64,000 bases of DNA from Vermamoeba vermiformis. Its lineage: Eukaryota. Positions 54,601-64,000 of this stretch are shown here, piece by piece. Within the stretch, counting starts at the first letter, position 1. The number at the start of each line of letters is the position of its first letter. Location of the stretch: the NCBI GenBank assembly GCA_045837725.1, contig JBEWZL010000208.1, forward strand, positions 62,001-126,000. The letters are read 5' to 3'. The translations under genes and the position numbers were made by a program. The notes under the pieces were generated by a model that was not told the DNA's origin, made no database searches, and worked only from the letters and a program-made list of their open reading frames with translations.

Positions 54601-57429
54601 GCTTGGAAATTCAACCCATGAAGGTCTATAAGGATCTCATTAACGAGGAAGAAATGACTACAGGAGGTCAAAGTACATTGAATCCTGATGCTACTGAAGC
54701 TGAAGTGCGCAACAATCCACGCGTACAAGAACAGCTCAAGAAGCGAGTACGACAGCTGATCGAGTTGTCGGATTTGTTCATCAATGCTATTATCAACTCC
54801 TTGGACTTCTTCCCTTACGGTCTGCGATGGATCTCGAAGCAGATCCGTATGGCTCTCGGCGACAAGTTTAAGAACGCTACTAATACCGAAATTATGCCTA
54901 TTATTGGGTGAGTACAAGCAAATCCGCGTGCTGTCATAGAATCTCCGCGTCGGACAATTACAATGTACTGACAAAGGCTTTACTTTACTATAGTTACCTT
55001 GTATACTACCGTTTCATGAACCCCGCTATCGTTACTCCTGACGACTACGAAATGGCAGATTCGGTCAGCAATTTGCAACGTACCAACCTCATTAACGTAA
55101 GCTTCGGTTTTATTTCCTATTTTTATCACCTATTCGGTTATTTCATACTCTGCCTATTAACGCAATTTCTTTATTGATTTACCTTCGGATATTTCCTTTG
55201 TGTTAATCTATTTTGTCCCCGCAGATCTCCAAAATTTTGTCGAACATTGTCAACAACAAGTATCTCGAAGGCCGTGGCAGCGAAGTCGAGGAGCTCAATA
55301 GCTACATTAAGAAGAGTAACGAACGATTCTGGAAGTTTTTGGATCAAGTAACGCAAGCGCCAGATCCGATCGAACACCTCCAAGTCAGTACCAACCGACA
55401 ACGAGTCATTATAGGCCTAAGATACTAACATTGCATAATAGATCGATCAAAAGTACATCGAGTACACTCAGACGCAGAAGCCAGTAATTTATATCTCGCC
55501 CAACGAGATCTTCTTGACTCACAAGTTACTGCGAGAACACCTCGACAAACTCGCGCCTAATAAGGACGATCCGTTGAGAAAAGTCATCTCGAGCTTGCCT
55601 GGTAGGATTGCTATTTTTAAACTTTAATTTACATATTTTTAGCTCTTTTTTTGGTAGCGATCATCAATCAAGATTTAATGTGAATTATTTCTAGTGGCAT
55701 TTAAATTACATTACTTAATCAAGGTTAAAAGCCAATATTTCATTACTTAACCATACTCAGTTAATTTATCGATTGGTTTTTAATTTGGAGGTTTAATTCA
55801 TAAGAATGCAAACTCATTTTTTCGAACGGATTTGTCTAATTACTAAATATAGCTCCTCCCCCTATTATCGATGATCCTAAGATGGAGGCCGAGATATCGC
55901 TTACTCTGCAGCCCGAAGATACCCAAGAAGTCGATAGTAAGTCGTGCTGACTTGTTTCCATATCGATTGAACGCGCTAACGGATTCGTTTTTTTAACGCA
56001 GTTCAAGTCAAGCAAGATAAGGAAGAGGTTCATAAGTTCTACTCGTTGACCAAGAAGATGATTTGCGAGATCATTAAGGACAGCTACAAAGAGCACTTGA
56101 ACGAGCTGAACTTGCTCGATCTGCTCACGGGCTCAGATGTGAAAATGAACAGCAAGCTTACTTTGCAAGTCGCTAAGATCTTGGAGAACTTAGAGAAGTT
56201 GGAGAAGAGCAATATGGTCAGCAAGGCTAACTCGTATAAGAAGATTATGGATGACATCCACAAGGTAAACCAGATTCACTAAACGTAAATCAAAAGCTTG
56301 CTGTTGCGATATTAACGTGGATTTTTAGGACGTTGTATCGAAGACGGAGATGCGCGGTAAACTTGAAAAGGAGCTCACTACCTTGAAGAACGTAAGTACC
56401 GCATCTATTTCGCTTAGTGTTGCGATTAGGCCGGGTCTCGGAGACCTTCCGTGCCTCTAAATTTTATTAATAACGTGCTCGTAAAATTTTTCCATTTTTG
56501 TCTATTTTTGCAACAATTTTGCCAACGAGCGCGCAAAATCACCTTTTTTAGATCCGGGGCTCTCTTGCCCGACTTTAACGATTCAAATTTCTTATGCCGG
56601 GTTACTATCTCTACTTCCATCACTAGCGTTTAGCGATCGGTGTTGACTTGCGAAATCCGGGTGCGAATCCGTTACTAACCAACGTTTTTCAGACCATGGA
56701 CAAACTCAAAGAGAAGAAGGATTACCTCGAGAAGCAGTTAAACGAATATAACAACTATGTTAAGGCCTGCTTAGAGCAATCTGTCGTTAAGTAAGTCATT
56801 TCTCGTTGTTGTTGATCGGGTGGATCGAGCATTTACTAAACACCTCGTTTATCACCTATAGGAAGAAGGCTAGCAGCAAGAAGAAGAAGCTGGCGACCTT
56901 GAAGTATACCTGCGCTCAACTGATCAAGAAGGGCGTTATTGTCGAGATCGACATCCCTTCGAACCAGTAAGTCGTTTGGGAACTTGAACTCAATTCCTAA
57001 TTAGTACTGATCAATATACTTTATAGACATTCGTCCGTATCATTAGAACTGAGCGAAACTGATCAAGTTGGCACGTACGAGGCCCAAATCTACTTCGCCG
57101 CCATTAGTGTCGAGAAAATTAAGCTGGAGATTGATGATCTGCTTGAAAAACAAGTAAGTGCATCCGATCCATTAGATCTTATTATCAATATTTATTTATC
57201 AATCGCTAAATCATGCGATAAGCTCCGCTGAGCTTCTAGAAACACAGGCAATCGAATCTGATTGCTTAGTTTTGCTTTTTAAACTCCAACCGTCATCATT
57301 CGAATATATATTGATCTATATATTGTATTATAGTACAACGGCGAGTACTTTGTATATTTGTTGGACAGAAGATGCAAGTTGCGTATTAACTTGCTTATCC
57401 ACATTCTGAATAAGATCGCCGTCCAGTAA
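51629..57429 (+). CDS. Cdc15/Cdc7(SepA)-like STE kinase fused to an IQGAP-like RasGAP-related and RasGAP_C region, multi-exon
   Basis: [38 protein letters not shown]; then [93 protein letters not shown]. Confidence 0.88.
54001..54074 (+). tRNA. trnI: tRNA-Ile, anticodon AAT, inside an intron of the kinase-IQGAP gene
   Basis: GGCCGTT...AATGGCC-A acceptor stem, D-arm TAGCTCAGTTGGTTAGAGC, anticodon loop CTAATAA, T-loop GGTTCGATCC, followed by a T6 Pol III terminator. Confidence 0.96.
54081..54086 (+). terminator. RNA polymerase III terminator (T6) of tRNA-Ile
   Basis: TTTTTT starting 7 nt after the tRNA 3' end. Confidence 0.75.
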
Positions 57430-58671
57430 GAGAAAAGAATAATATATCAAATCAATGTAGAATACCTTGCTGCGCATAGCACTCACGTTTCCACCGAAGT
57501 TTATCGATAGATTCGCCTTGTAGAGATAGATACGAAACAAAAACCCTTTTTTTCAATTATTATTCTTTTCTTATCGTTGTACTTTAATATCTTTTGCAAT
57601 AATCAATTGGATTGACTTTAAATAAAAGAAGATCTGCTTGGTTTCACTTGCGTATCCGGGTCAATTTGCGCGACAAACCCTATAAAACGATAAATCATGC
57701 GTGCATAATTGTCAATCACAAACGTAAACTCGATTTATCCTCGCTTGGCACGGTTTTCGAACTAGGCCGATCCCTCACGGCGAATTGTCTGGTGCAAGGA
57801 CGCCAGTGCCTCCGAACACGAGACCCGACTGAATAATAGCAAAGTTACTTACTTCCATATTTGTCTTTTTTTTGGTTTAAGGAAAGGATTAATTAGATAA
57901 ATCTGGTTACTTCATGCGAATTTATGACAAAAATAGCACTCGTAGATTTCCCTCAGCGTCTTTTGTTTGCTTGGTATTAGTCCGTATTGGAACAAAAGAT
58001 GTATAAGGATCCACGTAAACCATTTTAACTATAAAAATCATCGGAGGTAAATAGTTGCAAAGTCATCCGGTTATTACATCTGTGCGATCTAACCGCATCT
58101 GCTCCAAATAAGTCTGAGCATAGCCACCATCGCGATGCTATTGCGTCATCAACACGCGTTCCTAAGAACTAACCTAAAGTGCAGAAAAAAATTAATTACC
58201 ATAAAAGGCGATTGGATCGATGTTCAGAAATCCATTCACTGAAGCAAAATGGACGTTAATTAAGGGTTTGGAATGTCCGAAAATCCATTGAGCGTATACA
58301 TCACTACCTTGAAGCCACGATTGCACGATCCATAGTCGGGGCATATTTATCGATTATTTGATAAAAATCTGGCGCAGATCCGCCTTTTTTGGCTAGAGCA
58401 TCGGATTTTGAGTTTATCCGCTTATAGAAATTTCGGAGGTTGAATCGCCTGTGCACGCTGAAACTATTTGCCGCATCAGGCGGTCCATAAAAGTCGTTTT
58501 GGAGCACGGTTTGGTTCAGTTCATAAATTCAGAGGTAGATCAACACCACAACAGGCTTTATTAAGCTCGATCCGTACTCGAAAGCCCCTTTATTAATCCA
58601 TAATGTAAGTGGCGATAACTTTTAGACGGGTTTAGCGATAAGGAACTAATAAGAGTCGGTTAGAACCACAA

Positions 58672-59917
58672 ATGGCCACTTCATTTAGTAGCAAGATTCA
58701 GATGCCCCTTAGGTAAGTTATTCATTCAAGCCTAGCGAGCTCGCCGAATACAAACCCTTTAGTCCGTTGATACTTACATTTATTTTTCCAGACCGATCAG
58801 CGACTGTAACTTTTGCAACCCTTTGTACAGTACTAAAGCCCAATACGAATGCGCTTCTTGCACTCGCCAATTTTGCACGTAAGTGGAGTAATCGGTCAAT
58901 ATGTGGCACAAGTTTTGCCTCGCTTTCCATTCACGGACCATCTCCGCGATTTGGAACGGTGATAAAAATAGATCGCAACCCTTATAATCTACTAATGCCC
59001 GAGACACTTTTGTGTATATCCATTAATGGTCCATTTTTTCTAGGTCTCATTTTGCTAACGTCGGAGGACGAGTTTTGACACCCTTATCTCCGATCACCGC
59101 TGATGTTGCCCCACATCTCGCATCTCTAAACAACCGCTCTCGCCTCGACAAAATTATCTGCAACGATTGCGTGCCCTCAAGTGTCTTGGATCTTGTCGTC
59201 GAGCCTCGTTATGCTTCCTACAACTCTTGGAGCAGTTTCTCAAATAATCAGGAAATTGTCTCGAGCGAATCTAGCATCAGTAACCACTCCCCTGCAGTGA
59301 TCAATACTGCCGCCAAGCCACAACTTCATAGCACATCTAGCTCTCAAAAGGAAACTAAAGAAGACAGCGTCCGATCTGACAAACCCAAGCGAAGTGGCAA
59401 AAAGGAATATAAAAACAGAGAGCCGACTCCAAAGGTCAGCCGCGCTGTCAAAGAAACTCTCCGATCAATAGAAAAGAACCAGAAGGAATTAGCTGCTGAA
59501 ATTGGCACAAGGTAAGTTTTCACAAATTTAAGAAAATATCCGATTGAATCCGATCTGACTTTGTTTCTCTTTAGTACGACCACAATCAGCTCTTACTTGA
59601 CTGGAAAAATCCGAAGTAAAGGATGGACCAAGCTCGAGCAAAAACTTCAGCAGTGGATGAAGAAACAAAAGGCACTCAACAACGTATCTGATTTTAGCGA
59701 CGATGTTAGTGACTTGGAGGAGTCAGATCCTCACTCTAATATGGTCCACGATGATGCTTCATCAAGCGAGGGCTCAGAAATCGACAATTCATTCGAGAGC
59801 GAGGGGAGTAATGGCTTTCAGCATCCCTTTCGTCAGGACTGTCAAGTAGATACATATTTCTACGATAATCTGCCTCGACGTGGATCAGAATTCAATTTTG
59901 GTGTCTCTGTTATGTAA
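58672..59917 (+). CDS. Ser-rich protein with a Cro/CUTL-like HTH, 3 exons
   Basis: MATSFSSKIQMPLR-SHFANVGGRVLTPLSP...VSRAVKETLRSIEKNQKELAAEIGTS-TTTISSYLTGKIRSKGWTKLEQKLQQWMKK. Confidence 0.72.
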
Positions 59918-60259
59918 ATTGTGTATTATAGTGCGAAGTAAATTGTAGAATAGAATTGTGAATTGACAAACAAAACCGACCCAAGCTATTTCTTTATAAT
60001 GCATCAAAATTGGTTGATGGACCACGGCATTGCTAAATTTCTAATCGTTCACCTCGTGCTTACGTTGCGGTAAACACGTGTTGGATGGATTAAACTTGGC
60101 CGTGTTTACGAAAGCAAGAGCATCATTTTATCTGGAACAATTTAAAAATTTGCACAAATCTAATCATGGAGTATTCAAGGTAAAATTGAATAAGAAATAA
60201 GGGCTGTTACAAAATTGAAAAATAATCGAAATAATATTTATTTTAGTCTTAATCAAATC

Positions 60260-61844
60260 ATGCTGTCTGTCGTACAACGTAATAAACAATAACATTCATT
60301 ATCGTAAATAATAAATCAGACACCTAAAAATCGTTTATAATGTGATCTTGTTGCGAGATAAATTTCTTAACAACCATTGCTTTAATAGAGATAAATATCT
60401 GGTCATCACAGACGACAAAGATGATACGGTAGACAAAATTATCAAAAAATTGCAAGAGTATTCGCTGTTGAAGGCCGTAATGATAGACAGAGAAATTGAA
60501 CCGCCCTCTGATTTCCTCAAACTATGCCAGGCTATGAATAGTCATCCTCGTATTGAAGCCATTGGATTCGGAAGCTCAAAGCCATCAGAATTGAGTTATT
60601 CATATTGTCGTCAGATCGCGGAGTGGATCAAAACATTGAACACGAAGAAGACTTTCAAACTGCTCCTTCAAAATAGAGAAGCAGATTATGCCAGCTGGGA
60701 GGTCATATTCAACACTATTAATGACAGTAAAGAGATTACTGAATTATTATTTGATTATCAAACTCAGTTCAGTAGCGTGCTAGCAACGTTTGTTACTCAA
60801 ACCATCAGATCTAACACCACTATCAAGACGTTGAAAGTTAAAACGAACGAAAGAGATACGTCAGAATCGATAATTAAGGCATTGATCGACAATAAGACAA
60901 TCACGAGTGTTGCGTTATCGAGATTGGATGACAACGACTGTCACGCAATTCAGACGATGCTGCAAACAAGCACAGCGCTACGATCAATATACATCCACAA
61001 TAGCTCGATCAAAGGTCATGGCCTTAAGCATATTTATGACGTTTTGAAGGACAACACCTCAGTGACATCGTTCGGACTTGGCGGCAACTCCCTCACTGAC
61101 GAAGGGTGTCAATGGATCGTTCAAATACTTAACGACAGAAGATTGAAGGAGCTCCGGTTGCCTAACATCAAATTGACGCCAGAAAACTCCACTATTATTC
61201 TCGAAGCAGTCAAGAACAATAGGACTTTGGAAAAGTTGTGTTTGTCATCGAACGAACTTGACTCCGTGGCGGCACGAATTGGCGAAGTCATCAAATCCAA
61301 TACGACGTTGAAAGATCTTGATTTATCGAGGTGTAACCTTCAAGATAAGATGGAGCTAATTGCCGCTGGATTGGTTGAAAATAAGACCCTGCGAATGTTG
61401 TCACTTGAATGCAACGATCTTCACGTTAAAGATACACTTGTAATATGCGATGCGCTGCTCAAGAACAAAGGACTGACAGGCCTGAATATACATGGATCAG
61501 GGTTCATTCAGTCTAACAGTAAGACGGTTTGCGAGACGGTTGAAAAGTGTAGACATTTGGTGGATGTTCGAGCGAATGTCAAAGGCTGGAAATTTGGCTA
61601 CGACCGCCAGTTGCGCATGGCACTGGAATTCAATTGTGCCCGACAGAATGCAGTTGTATTCAATAGAGTCATAATTATACTCAATATAGCACGAAATAAG
61701 CCACAGCCGTTGTTACCCGAGATCTGGGCATACATATTATCATTTATTGATACACCTGGCATTCATATCAATTGGAGCACTGTCATTAAAGAAGCCTTTG
61801 TGAACCCTCATCGAATAGATGTCGCAAAAAATATGAGACTGTGA
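60260..61844 (+). CDS. RI-like leucine-rich-repeat protein (NLRC3/CARMIL-type repeats), copy 1
   Basis: Repeats of NxTLxxLxLxxNxL; short first exon MLSVVQ (start tentative); C-terminal LLPEIWAYILSFI. Confidence 0.85.
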
Positions 61845-62056
61845 CGTTCAGACGGAAGAATGGCCTTAAGCCTTCGACTAATAAAATGTTAGCATCGTTA
61901 TAATGAATTCCTGTTCTCGTGCACGCACTCAACACTATTTTTTGTTTTTTGACATCCAGTTTCCGTTCGCGACGCGTATCACACCACAAGTCAGCTTGCC
62001 GGAGAAGAATCAATATTAATGATTTAATTGTGCTTCGTGAATATTGCGTCAACATA

Positions 62057-63708
62057 ATGGAATACAAAACGTGAGTGTGGATTTGAAGTTTGGGGCTCGC
62101 CCCCAAAATATTAATCTTCCTATTTTAATTAAAATAAAATTATTGTGCATTACTATTTTATTAAAGCATTAATTTATAAATATTATCAAAAGAGACACGT
62201 TTATTTATTTCTAACGGGTTTTTAGTGCAGATATTCTGACAATTACGGACTCAAAGGAGGCCGATCAATACGATATTGCAGTTAAGGAGCTGCAAGGCCG
62301 ACCATTCTTGAAGGCAGTCGTATTCAAAAGCAAAATCGAACCGTCTTATTCCGATTTCGTTACCTTGTGTCATACGATAGGCACTCATCCTCGTGTTGAA
62401 TGTTTAGGCCTAGTAGAATATCACTCGGAATTAAAAGAAGCCGAGACTAAGCCGCTCGCCGAGTGGATCAGCAAAACAACAAAGCTGAAAAAACTATGTT
62501 TCAAAGATAGACTATTATCAAACGAATGTTGGAAGCTAATGTTCGATACAATTAATAGTAGCACTTCGATAACGAGCCTATCATTCGATTATCAAAATAG
62601 TCAGCGATTAGGTTTTCAGCACGAGTTTAATGGTGTCGAGCACTTGATCCAAACCATCAAAACCAATACAACAATTAGAGCGCTGAGTATTTGTATAAAT
62701 ACGAAACCTCATCGATTAAAGCCTATTACTGCAGCTCTTTTAGAGAACAAAACAATCACGGATGTCAAGTTATCGAAACTCTTTGACAGCGATTGTAACA
62801 CACTTCGGATGATACTCCAGCAGAATGACAAGCTTAAAGCACTTCATATCAATGACAGTATGATTAAGAGTGACGGTGTGAAGATAATATACGATAGTTT
62901 AAGAGAAAACAAGTCTTTGACATCCTTCGGATTCATCGGAAATCCTGTCAGTGACGAAGGATGTCAGTGGATCATACGCATGTTAAGCGACACAAAGTTG
63001 ATAGATTTAACGCTAGAAAATGTTGGATTGACGCCAAAAGCCACGAGGTCAATCCTTCAAGCTGTCAAGTGCCATCGATCATTGAAAAAGTTGAGCCTGG
63101 CAAAGAACGAACTCAACTCACTCGCATCACTTATCTGCGATGTACTTAAAGTTAATACGACACTAGAAGAGCTCGATTTGACGAAGTGTAATCTACAAGG
63201 TCAAATGGAGATTATTGCGAATGGACTGAAGGAGAATAGCACCTTGCAAAAGTTGTTGATCGGCGACAACGAACTCCATGTTGACGACGTGGAACACATC
63301 TGCAGCGCCCTTCACGAGAACAAAGGATTAACCTCACTTAATATGTCAAGATCAGCATTCCTTCAACATAATAGTGGCCAGCTTTGTGCTGCGGTTGAAA
63401 AGAACAAAGCTCTCATTGACGTGGAAGCCAACGTGAAAGGTTGGATTTATGGTTACACTACCAGGTTGAAAAATGCGCTACAAGTCAACCGTAAGCATCA
63501 GAATGCAGTGGTCGTTGAACGAGCCATTATCATTCTTAACATTGCTCGAACGAAGCCACGACCACTCTTGCCCGAGATCTGGATAACAATATTCTCATTC
63601 ATCTCGTCTCCTGGCATTCATATCAACTGGGGTCATGTTATCTCGCAAGCATTCGTCAACCCAAATCGCCTGGACATAACAAAGATCGAGAATAAACGTC
63701 AAGATTAG
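62057..63708 (+). CDS. RI-like LRR protein, copy 2 (tandem paralog)
   Basis: Colinear with copy 1; first exon MEYKT spliced to ADILTITD; C-terminal LLPEIWITIFSFI. Confidence 0.85.
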
Positions 63709-64000
63709 TTTGACATGCAGATGCTGACGTGAGCATCGCCGCTCAACTATTTCCAGGAGGGAATTAATTTATCTATTCATTTACCAAAGGTCAATCAAGC
63801 GAATTACAGCGTTGCCGTGGAAAGCTGCCCGACACTACCAAACTATGGTGACTGTTCATGTGGAGAGAATGCGCCGTCGTAGCCGCAAAACAAATTTAGT
63901 AATATTATTACTAATAATAGGAGTTATAATAGCACGTGTAACGCTGATAGAAGCACCGGATTAGCAAAACTAAAAAAAAGCCGTACTTTGTAAAATTATT

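Noticed and set aside
57600-58600. Minus-strand ORF 58304-58507 with possible splice sites
   Set aside because: No ATG-led consistent exon chain and no recognisable protein similarity

Overview
Gene-dense, intron-rich eukaryotic DNA with GT-AG introns (many 40-60 nt with CTAAY branch points) and the standard genetic code. The gene content (G8, ependymin-related, IQGAP-like, GT92, RI-type LRR and M43 families) suggests a free-living protist, possibly amoebozoan; this is inference only. I hand-spliced about 25 protein genes and found one intronic tRNA-Ile(AAT). Main highlights: (1) a GPI-anchored His-brace LPMO-like protein; (2) a Cdc15/Cdc7-type STE kinase fused to an IQGAP-like pseudo-RasGAP; (3) a GBP/atlastin-like GTPase with TM segments and a catalytically dead OTU-like domain; (4) an RFTS-DDT-WHIM-PHD-PHD chromatin protein; (5) three genes sharing a Cro/CUTL-like HTH with a GWxx(F/L)ExxLxxW tail; (6) a ~680-bp CpG-free tract over a decayed AAA+ NTPase fragment; (7) intronic TGACA-NN-TGTCA palindromes. 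About eight single-base frame breaks in otherwise intact genes are most likely assembly indels. Exon boundaries and domain calls come from manual reading, not database searches.
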